Notes: a model not told the origin generated them from the letters alone. Positions 30,800 through 38,918 are shown, counted from the stretch's first letter. The stretch is DNA of 64,000 nt from an uncultured Eubacteriales bacterium (GCA_949077035.1 CARUPR010000004.1:29721-93720), one strand, 5' to 3'. A program made the numbers and translations.

Positions 30800-31444
30800 A
30801 TGAAGGAAGAAAACTTTAACAAAACAGAGTCTTTTAAGGCAGGCTTTGATAAAATAAATAATAGGACAGATGGTGAAAAAGAGGAAGATTTAAGGATAAG
30901 AAGGACAAAAAGACTTCTTCTTGATTCGCTTATGCAGCTTTTGCAAGAAAAGTCTTTTGAAAAGATAGGTGTCAATGACATTTGTGAAAGGGCTATGGTG
31001 CATAGGGCAACTTTTTATAATCATTTTGATGACAAATATGACCTTTTTAATTTTGCACTATCTCAACTTGAAGAAGAAATGTATTTAAGCACGATTGAAA
31101 GTGAAAGATATTCATCATCAAACGAAATGTATATCAGCATTTTAAAAAATGTCTTTGATTTTATTGAGAAAAATAAGCTTAAGTTTAAACTTATCATTGA
31201 CAACAATTCCTCAAAGCTAATCTTTCTTATCTCAACAACTTTTCAAAGAAGTATAACCTACCTAATCAAGCAAAATGAGCTTAATCAAGAGTTTGTCGTT
31301 CCGCTTAATATCATAATTGACTTTTTTATGGGAGGGCTCACTTTTTTGTGCTTAGACTGGATTAAATCAGATATGTATTCAAAGGATGAAATAATCAAGT
31401 TTTTAGAGGTATTTATTCAAAACGAACAATTTTTAAAAAAATAA
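30800..31444 (+). CDS. TetR/AcrR family transcriptional regulator
   Basis: N-terminal HTH 'RIRRTKRLLLDSLMQLLQEKSFEKIGVNDICERAMVHRATFYNHFDDKYDL'. Divergent to the ABC operon. Confidence 0.85.
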   Translation: MKEENFNKTESFKAGFDKINNRTDGEKEEDLRIRRTKRLLLDSLMQLLQEKSFEKIGVNDICERAMVHRATFYNHFDDKYDLFNFALSQLEEEMYLSTIESERYSSSNEMYISILKNVFDFIEKNKLKFKLIIDNNSSKLIFLISTTFQRSITYLIKQNELNQEFVVPLNIIIDFFMGGLTFLCLDWIKSDMYSKDEIIKFLEVFIQNEQFLKK

Positions 31445-31470
31445 GCATATCATTTTATGCTTATTTTTAA
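31434..31470. terminator. Bidirectional terminator between the convergent TetR and AraC-type genes
   Basis: Stem ataagcat/atgcttat flanked by an A-run and a T-run. Confidence 0.7.
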
Positions 31471-31510
31471 TGTGAAAGTTTATTTTTTATAAAGTCTTGG
31501 TAAGAATTAT

Positions 31511-31912
31511 CTATTTATCAAAGTCGTCATAATTGCATTGTTTTACCGGATGAAAAAGCAATTCTTCATCAAAATAAATTCTGTCAAGATAATTGAAGGT
31601 GGAAATGCATTTTGAAGGGTTTATGCCATGAAAGGCACGAAAGGCACGTGAGAACCCCTCTCTTGTGTTGTATCCACAAGAGATTGCAACATCGATTATA
31701 CGGTCATTTTTAATCATAAAAACCGCCTCGCTAAGTCTTCTTTTTCTGATATAATCCTTTATTGTATAGCCAACAAAAAGCTCAAATATCGGATTGGCAG
31801 CAGAACTATTAAGCTCTAAAATCTGATATATTTTTTTTATATCATGCTCTTCAAAAAGGTTGTTTTCAATGTATTCAATCGCGGTATTTAATCTTTTATA
31901 AATGTTTTTCAT
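31511..31912 (-). CDS. AraC-family (MarA/SoxS-size) HTH transcriptional regulator
   Basis: 'YIRKRRLSEAVFMIKNDRIIDVAISCGYNTREGFSRAFRAFHGINPSK' is a typical AraC second HTH. Confidence 0.8.
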   Translation of the reverse strand: MKNIYKRLNTAIEYIENNLFEEHDIKKIYQILELNSSAANPIFELFVGYTIKDYIRKRRLSEAVFMIKNDRIIDVAISCGYNTREGFSRAFRAFHGINPSKCISTFNYLDRIYFDEELLFHPVKQCNYDDFDK

Positions 31913-31951
31913 ATAATTATTATAATGATAAAGAGTGATTTGTCAAGAAAA

Positions 31952-32007
31952 AATGACATTTCTAAAATAAAAAAAGTCATTCAATATTATTCTTTATATG
32001 CTAAAAT
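31952..32007 (+). promoter_or_regulatory. Operator-like palindrome AATGAC-N18-GTCATT overlapping promoter ATTCAA-17-TAAAAT (upstream of paralog 1)
   Basis: The same palindrome, spacing and promoter geometry recur at 33773..33828. Confidence 0.45.
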
Positions 32008-32035
32008 GTATTAAAATATATGGGAGGTGGAATAA

Positions 32036-32539
32036 ATGGATTCAAAATTTCAATTTCTTGGAATAAATTATTGTTTCCCTAAAATGTGCAAAGTTGTAAA
32101 TGATTCGCTAGAGGGCATGATTGAAAAGTATAATGAAGTTATGGCAAAACTGGTGAAGATAAAAGACGATGATAAGTTTAAGGTAAACAGCGAATTAAAC
32201 TCTCATGTTGAATTTGTCCTTGAAAAATATATAGACCTTACCATGCTTACCAAAGTATACGCGCATGACTGTATCAAAAAATTGCAAAAAAGCATTTATG
32301 CAGAAAGATATAATGATATTTTGAAAGTCATTGAAAGGGACTTGGACAGACAGGGCGATATGATTGCCACATTAAACAAGCATATAGAAAAAATTGAAAA
32401 TAATGCTGATATGGATAAACGAATTATTGACGCGGTAATTGGACATGATATAATGCTTGTCAAATTTTCATTAAAAACTCTTGATATGCAAAAAGAGTTT
32501 ATAAATGGTCCTGCTAAGGAACATGAACTGACAATTTAA
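32036..32539 (+). CDS. Hypothetical helical protein, tandem paralog 1 of 4 (~170 aa family)
   Basis: RBS GGGAGGTGG. No signal peptide or TM helix. Shares length, N-terminal '(Y/F)xF(L/M/V)' and C-terminal 'L(D/E)(M/L)(Q/K)K(E/D)F(I/F)' with the next three ORFs. Confidence 0.65.
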   Translation: MDSKFQFLGINYCFPKMCKVVNDSLEGMIEKYNEVMAKLVKIKDDDKFKVNSELNSHVEFVLEKYIDLTMLTKVYAHDCIKKLQKSIYAERYNDILKVIERDLDRQGDMIATLNKHIEKIENNADMDKRIIDAVIGHDIMLVKFSLKTLDMQKEFINGPAKEHELTI

Positions 32540-32683
32540 ATTGGCCGAGAAACTTAAAAAAGAATAAAAAAAATAAAACTTAAAACTGAATATTAATAAA
32601 CCTTAAAATCTAAAAAAAATTAAAAATAAATTTAATAAAAATACAAAATAAAACTTATTACTAAAAAGGATGAAGATTTTACT

Positions 32684-33196
32684 ATGGAAAAGAAACTTTT
32701 ATTTTTAAATAATACATGTTTTAAAGCTGGAATTTTAGAACTTTCGGAAAAGGAGATTGATAGTCAGCTTGAAAATCTAAAAGAAATAAGAAATGCTTTT
32801 GCTAAGATAAAAGAAGATTATAGAAGTGACGTCGTCACCAGCGACATTGTTATGGAAAATTTTTATACAGTATATAATAATAAAATAAAAGAAGTAAAAA
32901 CAAGTTTAGATAAAGAGATTAAAAATCTTAAAAAATTGATTGATAAAAAAGATATTGAAGCTGCTTTGAAAGAAGCTCAACAAGATTTTAAAAACTTAAA
33001 TGAATACAATAAAGTATTCGTTGAGCAATTTCAGGAGGCAAGAAATTTTAAGATTGACAAGAGAATGATTGATACATTGGTTGATTTCTATTTGATAATT
33101 TTAGACAAATATAATAAAAAGTTTGATTTGCAAAAAGATTTCTTCAAAGACTACGCAGATGCAATTATGAAAGACCAAGAAGAAAACCAATTATAA
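32684..33196 (+). CDS. Hypothetical helical protein, tandem paralog 2 of 4
   Basis: Family resemblance as above ('KFDLQKDFFKDY'). Confidence 0.65.
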   Translation: MEKKLLFLNNTCFKAGILELSEKEIDSQLENLKEIRNAFAKIKEDYRSDVVTSDIVMENFYTVYNNKIKEVKTSLDKEIKNLKKLIDKKDIEAALKEAQQDFKNLNEYNKVFVEQFQEARNFKIDKRMIDTLVDFYLIILDKYNKKFDLQKDFFKDYADAIMKDQEENQL

Positions 33197-33242
33197 ATTG
33201 AATAAATTTATAAAAAAACTTTAATTTTAAAAGAGGAGAATC

Positions 33243-33770
33243 ATGTCAAAAAGTTATAAATTTATGAATGAAGAATACTCAAGTTGCCAAAAGTTGCAGC
33301 TCTCAACAGATATTATATTTGAGCATATGATTGAAGAACTTTCTCAAAAAAGGGAAAAATTGGCAGAAATAAGACAGATTTTCCAAGGCGATGCTTTGGC
33401 CAATGTCGACAATTCTGAAGAGTTGATTTCAATTTTAAATTCAAATAAAGAGCTTAGCGACAGCATTGACAACAGAAATATAAGCTATTTGAAAAAGCTT
33501 AAAAAACAAATGTCTGATAATGACATCGATAAAATTTTGAAGGGCATTGAAGGCGATTTTGAAAATCATAGTGACAGAATCTATATGATAGAGCAAAATA
33601 TCAGACAGTTTGAAGAGGAAGATATAAATGCTCAGATTGTTTTGGCGACAATCGATAACAACTTGAAACTTATTGATTACCTTTTGCAAAGGTTTGAATT
33701 GAAAAAAGATTTTATCAATAAGTATGTTGAATATGAAATTGAAAGCTCAGAAGAAAATCACTTATCATAA
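33243..33770 (+). CDS. Hypothetical helical protein, tandem paralog 3 of 4
   Basis: RBS AGAGGAGAA. 'DIDKILKGIEGDFEN' and 'RFELKKDFINKY' match paralogs 2 and 4. Confidence 0.65.
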   Translation: MSKSYKFMNEEYSSCQKLQLSTDIIFEHMIEELSQKREKLAEIRQIFQGDALANVDNSEELISILNSNKELSDSIDNRNISYLKKLKKQMSDNDIDKILKGIEGDFENHSDRIYMIEQNIRQFEEEDINAQIVLATIDNNLKLIDYLLQRFELKKDFINKYVEYEIESSEENHLS

Positions 33771-33772
33771 AA

Positions 33773-33828
33773 AATGACTTTTTTAAAAGTAAAAATGTCA
33801 TTCAAGGCATAATATAATGTGGTAAAAT
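33773..33828 (+). promoter_or_regulatory. Second copy of the AATGAC-N18-GTCATT palindrome with ATTCAA-17-TAAAAT promoter (upstream of paralog 4)
   Basis: Flanks AAAAAATGAC and GTCATTCAA are identical to the 31952 copy, with identical spacing. Confidence 0.45.
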
Positions 33829-33845
33829 AGGGTAAGAGGTGAAAA

Positions 33846-34349
33846 ATGAGTAAGAAATATAGTTTTGTAGATGAAGAATTTTCGCAGGAAGAACTTGATA
33901 TTATTGTAAATGTGATGGTTGGCTCAAGTATTGTAAAGCTTGATTCGGCAAAACATGCAATAAGTGATTATAAATACATTCTCAGCAAAGAAGAGGACAG
34001 TGCCGAAGCGCTTGAAGTCCCAAATTCTATTAATGAAAATTTAAGCTTATTGGTCAAAAAGGTAAGCGAGAGAAAGGCAAAAGATATCGATGCTCTTATT
34101 CAAACTGGCGATATTGATAAAATATTAAAAGAATTCACCCAAAAAATTAAAAAAGTTGATAAAATTGTCAGCGATGTTGCAAAATTGGTTGAAATTGCAG
34201 CAAATTCACAAATAGACCACAAATTTATCAACAATTCATTACTTCAATGTGAAATTGGAATAGAATTTCAAATAGAAGCTTTAGAGAAATTTAAAGATTA
34301 TGTGAATGAATTTATTGCAAATAAAGAGGAAGAATATTCATTGCAATAA
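33846..34349 (+). CDS. Hypothetical helical protein, tandem paralog 4 of 4
   Basis: RBS AAGAGGTGA. 'DIDKILKEFTQKIKK' and 'LEKFKDYVNEF' match the family. Confidence 0.65.
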   Translation: MSKKYSFVDEEFSQEELDIIVNVMVGSSIVKLDSAKHAISDYKYILSKEEDSAEALEVPNSINENLSLLVKKVSERKAKDIDALIQTGDIDKILKEFTQKIKKVDKIVSDVAKLVEIAANSQIDHKFINNSLLQCEIGIEFQIEALEKFKDYVNEFIANKEEEYSLQ

Positions 34350-34572
34350 AAAAATTGATTTTATAGTATACTTTTAGATAAAATATTCATAGATTGTCTA
34401 TGTATGACTTTTTAGGGCTTAGTTTTAAAGCTTTAAAAATTTAATGTGAATAGATGTTTTTTAAATTTGTTATTTGCTTATAGTTTTTCTTTCAAAAGTT
34501 GACTTTCGGCAATATAGCAGCGTTTCAGTATTAAAGGCAGATATAAAGGTTATAATTACAAAGGGAGTTAAT

Positions 34573-34746
34573 ATGAAAGGGAAAAACAAGCTAAGCTCAG
34601 AATATGATATGATTAATCAGTATATAGAAGAAGCAATAAGTCTGGTGCTTAAGAAAAAAGAGTTTGAGTGTATTAGAGTGCTTGAAAGTCTAAAACTTTT
34701 TAGCAAAAGTGTTTTGCTATCTCATACAATTTTTGATGATGACTAA
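34573..34746 (+). CDS. Small hypothetical protein (57 aa)
   Basis: ATG preceded by AAGGGAGTTAAT, followed by a terminator. No recognisable motif. Confidence 0.4.
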   Translation: MKGKNKLSSEYDMINQYIEEAISLVLKKKEFECIRVLESLKLFSKSVLLSHTIFDDD

Positions 34747-34775
34747 AATTTAAATAAGTTATTAAAAATAAAAAT

Positions 34776-34809
34776 AAAAAAAGAGTTGTTTTAAAACTCT
34801 TTTTTTTTA
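34776..34809 (+). terminator. Rho-independent terminator
   Basis: Stem aagagtt/aactctt followed by T9. Confidence 0.75.
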
Positions 34810-35047
34810 GGAACGCAAGATAGGCACGAAGGAAGAGAGTGCTTTCTTATTTTAGGAATGCAATATAGGCAGAAACAAAAAAAGTGATTTCTTTAAGAAG
34901 AAAATATGTGCGCAAATAAAGAAAGTGCATTACTATTAGAATGACATTATTCTTGTGATAATTGAAATTTTCTTGCCTGATAAAGTTGAATAGTGATGAA
35001 AAATGAGTTATAATTTATAATATAAACAAAATAAAGTGAGGTTTTGC

Positions 35048-36388
35048 ATGAAATCGTGCGAGCAATTTATTTATTGCAACAATCTCTTTGAAAAGGGAGA
35101 TAAGGTTGGTGTTGGATGCAGTGGTGGAAGTGACTCGATTGCCCTTCTTCATTTTTTGGCAAAAAATAAGGATAAGTTTGGTATTGAAATATCTGTGATT
35201 CATGTTGACCATAAAATAAGGGAGAACAGCGGCGGGGATTGCCAGTTTGTAAAAGATGTTGCAGCCGGGTTGGGGCTTGGGTTTTATGACTTTAAGATTG
35301 ATGTGCCAAAATTGGCAGAAGAGGAAAAACAAAGTCTTGAAACGGCTGCAAGAGAGGCAAGATATAAAGTCTTTGAGGCACTATTAAATCGCGGCTTGAT
35401 AAATAAAGTTGCCCTCGCTCATCATAAAAATGACCAAGCAGAAACAATCCTTATGCACATATTTAGAGGTGCTGGCCTTGCAGGAGCCAAAGGCATGGAT
35501 GCAATCAACGGATGCTATGTTCGCCCAATGCTTGATACCGACAAAGAGGAAATATACAATTATATAAAAAAGCATAAACTAAAATTTGTTGAAGATTGGA
35601 CAAATGCCGACATTGCTTATAATCGCAACTATCTTCGCAATGTAATATTGAAAGATATTTCTTCAAGGTGGCCGGGTGCAGTTGACAGCATTGTCAATTT
35701 TGGCAGAGCAGCGGGTGAGGATGATGAGTTTATCAATGGTCAGATTCATCAAGATGCGGTGATATTTGAAAAAGACATGGCAAAGATTCCACTTTCATAT
35801 TTTGTCTATAGTCAATCAGTTGTGGCTAGAATTATATTCAAAGCCATGAAAGGGCTGGGTGTGAATTATGATTTTGAAAGAAAACATATTTCACTTTTAT
35901 CCAAGCTTGCCCTCAATGGCGACAATGGAAATAAACTTAGCCTGCCATTTGGTTTTGTTGCTTCAAAAGAATATGATTATATCACCATACACAAAGCGGC
36001 AAAGAAAAATGTTGAGTTTGTCAAGAAGTTTAGATGTGGTGAAATTATTGTTGATGACTGGGGAAAGATTTTTATCAAGAAGGCAAAGGCGGAAAATATA
36101 TCACAAAAAATTGAAAATACTCTTTATCTTGATGGAGATTTACTTCCAAAAGATATTGTTTGGAGATTTAGAAAAGAGGGTGACATTTTTGAAAAATTTG
36201 GTGGTGGCAGAAAAAAATTGAAGAGCTTTTTGATTGATAAAAAGGTGCCAGCAAGGCTTAGAGATAAAATACCCGTTCTTGCAAATAATGATGAGGTTTT
36301 TGTTGTTGGCGGAATTGAAATTTCAAACAAAGTTAAGCTTAGCGATGATAGTAAAAACATATATATGATATCTTGGGTGCAAAACTAA
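35048..36388 (+). CDS. tilS: tRNA(Ile)-lysidine synthase
   Basis: PP-loop 'VGVGCSGGSDSIALLHFL', 'ALAHHKNDQAETILMHIFRG', and the C-terminal TilS substrate-binding-type domain ('KKLKSFLIDKKVP...IPVL'). Confidence 0.85.
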   Translation: MKSCEQFIYCNNLFEKGDKVGVGCSGGSDSIALLHFLAKNKDKFGIEISVIHVDHKIRENSGGDCQFVKDVAAGLGLGFYDFKIDVPKLAEEEKQSLETAAREARYKVFEALLNRGLINKVALAHHKNDQAETILMHIFRGAGLAGAKGMDAINGCYVRPMLDTDKEEIYNYIKKHKLKFVEDWTNADIAYNRNYLRNVILKDISSRWPGAVDSIVNFGRAAGEDDEFINGQIHQDAVIFEKDMAKIPLSYFVYSQSVVARIIFKAMKGLGVNYDFERKHISLLSKLALNGDNGNKLSLPFGFVASKEYDYITIHKAAKKNVEFVKKFRCGEIIVDDWGKIFIKKAKAENISQKIENTLYLDGDLLPKDIVWRFRKEGDIFEKFGGGRKKLKSFLIDKKVPARLRDKIPVLANNDEVFVVGGIEISNKVKLSDDSKNIYMISWVQN

Positions 36389-36602
36389 ACAAAGAAAACT
36401 AAGCAATAGATAGGGGAAATTTTTTCAGATGTTAAACAATAATAAAAAGATAGTTTATAAAAAAACATCAAAAATTCGCAAAAAAAGGCAAAAAAATCAA
36501 AAAAAATGCTAAAAAACAATAAATTATCGTCAAAATAGTTTAAAAAGCGTCAAATTTTTCTTTCTTATTTATATCAATTAATAATGCAGGCAACCAATTT
36601 GC

Positions 36603-36631
36603 TTGCATTTTTATCTTGTTTATTGTATAAT
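36603..36631 (+). promoter_or_regulatory. Strong sigma-A-type promoter for the ncRNA candidate
   Basis: TTGCAT, 17-nt spacer, TATAAT (TG immediately upstream). Preceded by about 100 bp of phased A-tracts. Confidence 0.6.
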
Positions 36632-36637
36632 CTATAT

Positions 36638-37236
36638 ATAGAAGGTGCAGTATTCTAGTCAGAATGATGACCTAGGAAGGTGAAGTAATAGCACCGAAGG
36701 GCATATCTGTGAAGTTTCTGGTGCTGGCTTTTGTTGCCCAAACTGGGGCTGGTGCTGGAAGTTAAGAAATTTGGGCGGACTGTAATGGCATACAGAGCCC
36801 GACCCATTTTTCGTGGAGACCTAGTTTAGGGGTGGATGTAAAATCGTCTACTCTCTAGGAAGAACCTGCATTGCGATAAAAGTTGTGTGCAGTGTAGCCT
36901 GCTTTGAGTGAAGGACAAGGGATATGGCGTCAATGTTATGATTTGTAAAGCGCTTATCAAACCATTTCATTGTCATTGAAATTTCATTTGCAAAACAAGC
37001 TAATAAGTCATCTGCCTGCCAAGGAAAACTTCTAGACTGTTGCCATGTGCAGATATATTGAGGATTATAGTGCGACCTAAGTGGCGATTCGGTGTTATGT
37101 CTTGCTTAAAAGGAAACTGCTTTATCGGTGACGATGAGTGCGAGAATGGGAAATCCGACCGAACCTATGGCGCAAGGTTTACTCAGTAAATTGCCTTCTA
37201 AAAAGGATATAACAATAGGTTGTATCCTTTTTTTTT
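36638..37236 (+). ncRNA. Large (~600 nt) structured non-coding RNA candidate, family not identified
   Basis: No ORF of 60 aa or more on either strand between 36388 and 37557. The stretches I counted are about 45-52% G+C, against AT-dominated flanks. Own promoter and intrinsic terminator. Many local hairpins, e.g. GGGC-GGA-CTGTA-atggca-TACAG-A-GCCC, CTGCA...TGCAG, GCACC...GGTGC. Confidence 0.6.
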
Positions 37237-37238
37237 AT
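37203..37238 (+). terminator. Rho-independent terminator closing the ncRNA candidate
   Basis: Stem aaggata/tatcctt followed by T9. Confidence 0.7.
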
Positions 37239-37524
37239 AATTCAAGATAGTAAGGTCTGATTGCTTTCAAATTCAATATAGGAAGGTTTGACTGCTTACT
37301 TTAAGGCTTGAACAAAAGAGTGTTTTTTTAAATGTGCGGGAAAAGTTTTTATAATGAAGATAGGAAAGCCTGAGTGCTTTCAAACATAAGCTAGGCAGGA
37401 ATAAAATGAGTTTTTTCTTTTAAATAAATAGGAATGGGCAAGATAATGTTTGCTGTTTGGCGAAAGCAAAAGGGCAGAAGAGCGATAAAAATGAAGACAG
37501 GGCAGATTTATTTTCAAAAAGGTC

Positions 37525-37550
37525 TTGACAATTCCCCCCCCATGTATAAT
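37525..37550 (+). promoter_or_regulatory. Promoter with a C8 homopolymer in the -35/-10 spacer (upstream of TM paralog 1)
   Basis: TTGACA-ATT-C8-ATG-TATAAT. The spacer is 14 nt. Confidence 0.55.
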
Positions 37551-37574
37551 TAGATAATGAAAAAAGGAGAGGAA

Positions 37575-38645
37575 ATGGGATTTTTAAAAGAAAAGAAAAG
37601 ACCTGAAAATAGGCTTGGACTTTATGCTGAGCAAGATAAGTTCTTAAGAAAACAAAAAGTTATCGATGTTTTAAAAGTAGGCGGTATGGCGCTTTGTTAT
37701 TCAGTCATGCTTGGTTTGGCTACTTTCAACCTTGGCACAGCAATACATGGGAGTAAATTAAGAGAAGCTGTCTTAAAAATGGATGACGAGAGTCAGAGAG
37801 CCAAGACAGAGCTTGTTGAAAGCATCAACAATCGTGTGGGTGAGATTTCAAATTTTGACCTGACCTCGCTTGAGCTTCTTAGGACTGAAAATAATTATAT
37901 CTGCAGGGTTTTTGGTGTGACCGATGTAAAGAAGGTTTTAAATGAAAGACAAAATAAATTTGTGAATCTTTTGTTTGAAATTTCTGAAAAAGATGCAAGC
38001 GACATTATGACTGCAGTAAACAAGGTTGATGGGACAGGTAAGACTGCCTCTTACAACACACCAGAACATTCGCTTAAAGTGACAAATTATGATGATTTAA
38101 ATTGGGGTGATGCAAAGAAGGTGGAAAATACATCTGATGTCCTTGTTGAAGTCTATCATGCAATTGATAGTGCTGTGAAAAATGCCTATGGTTATGAGAT
38201 TGAAGAGATTGCAGACTCAGGGAAAATGAATGAACAAATTTTATCTTCTGTTGGTTATTCTAAGGCTGCAAGCTTGACCGATGAGCATTATTATGAAAGA
38301 TTTAAAGGTGTTGATTCAAGATTTTTAAATGGCGGCCTTATCACAACCGGAATAACAGGGGTGATGAGAGATTTTAGAAAAAATGAAAGCTATTTCTATG
38401 TTGACACACTTCAGCTGTTCAATGATGCCAAAGAGGGGAAAAAGAATGCGAAATTGAGGGTTGAATCATGCAGGGCTAAAGTTACAGTTGAGGGTGCAAA
38501 TCTCTCTCAAGAAGAGGTTTATGCCATGTTTATAAAGGGCGAGCATACCGGCTTTGATGAGGTGATTCGTGAAAAAACAAGTCCAAAAACTGGGACTTAT
38601 AAAGGTGAAGTTTATCAGGATGTTGAGGAAATTGAGCTTTATTAA
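37575..38645 (+). CDS. Single-pass membrane protein, tandem paralog A (unknown family)
   Basis: ATG at 37575 preceded by AGGAGAGG (alternative ATG at 37557). One N-terminal TM helix ('VGGMALCYSVMLGLATFNLG'). Conserved C-terminus 'SCRAKVTVEGANLSQEEVYAMFIKGEH...DVEEIELY' shared with the next two ORFs. Confidence 0.7.
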   Translation: MGFLKEKKRPENRLGLYAEQDKFLRKQKVIDVLKVGGMALCYSVMLGLATFNLGTAIHGSKLREAVLKMDDESQRAKTELVESINNRVGEISNFDLTSLELLRTENNYICRVFGVTDVKKVLNERQNKFVNLLFEISEKDASDIMTAVNKVDGTGKTASYNTPEHSLKVTNYDDLNWGDAKKVENTSDVLVEVYHAIDSAVKNAYGYEIEEIADSGKMNEQILSSVGYSKAASLTDEHYYERFKGVDSRFLNGGLITTGITGVMRDFRKNESYFYVDTLQLFNDAKEGKKNAKLRVESCRAKVTVEGANLSQEEVYAMFIKGEHTGFDEVIREKTSPKTGTYKGEVYQDVEEIELY

Positions 38646-38863
38646 TTAGCATTTTAAGTTTAATCAGAAATTTATAAAATCAGATTTATGGATAAAATAA
38701 TAAAAAATCACCAACCATACAATAACAAAAAAAATAATTAATTAAATATAATAGAATAAAAATAAAAAAATGCCTGAGAAGGTATTTTTTTTTGTTTTAG
38801 GAAGAGAAAACATCTTTTTGTTTAATGAAAGGGGTAAAAAAGGCACTTTTTTTGAATTTGGTA

Positions 38864-38890
38864 TTGACAATTCCCCCCCCCATGTATAAT
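38864..38890 (+). promoter_or_regulatory. Promoter with a C9 homopolymer in the -35/-10 spacer (upstream of TM paralog 2)
   Basis: TTGACA-ATT-C9-ATG-TATAAT. The spacer is 15 nt. Otherwise identical to the 37525 copy. Confidence 0.55.
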
Positions 38891-38918
38891 TAATAGTAAG
38901 AATTTTAAGGAGAATTTT

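Noticed and set aside
35015-35332. 105-aa minus-strand ORF overlapping the tilS start; also the 35868..36221 and 36124..36360 ORFs.
   Set aside because: They are embedded in the well-supported tilS ORF, in alternative frames or antisense, with no independent support.
36638-37236. Identification of the large ncRNA candidate as RNase P RNA, tmRNA, SRP RNA, 6S RNA, a group II intron or a retron msr/msd.
   Set aside because: It lacks GAGGAAAGTCC (RNase P), a tag-peptide reading frame and tRNA-like ends (tmRNA), the SRP domain IV motif, and a group II domain-5. There is no reverse transcriptase or intron ORF nearby, and its size does not fit 6S.
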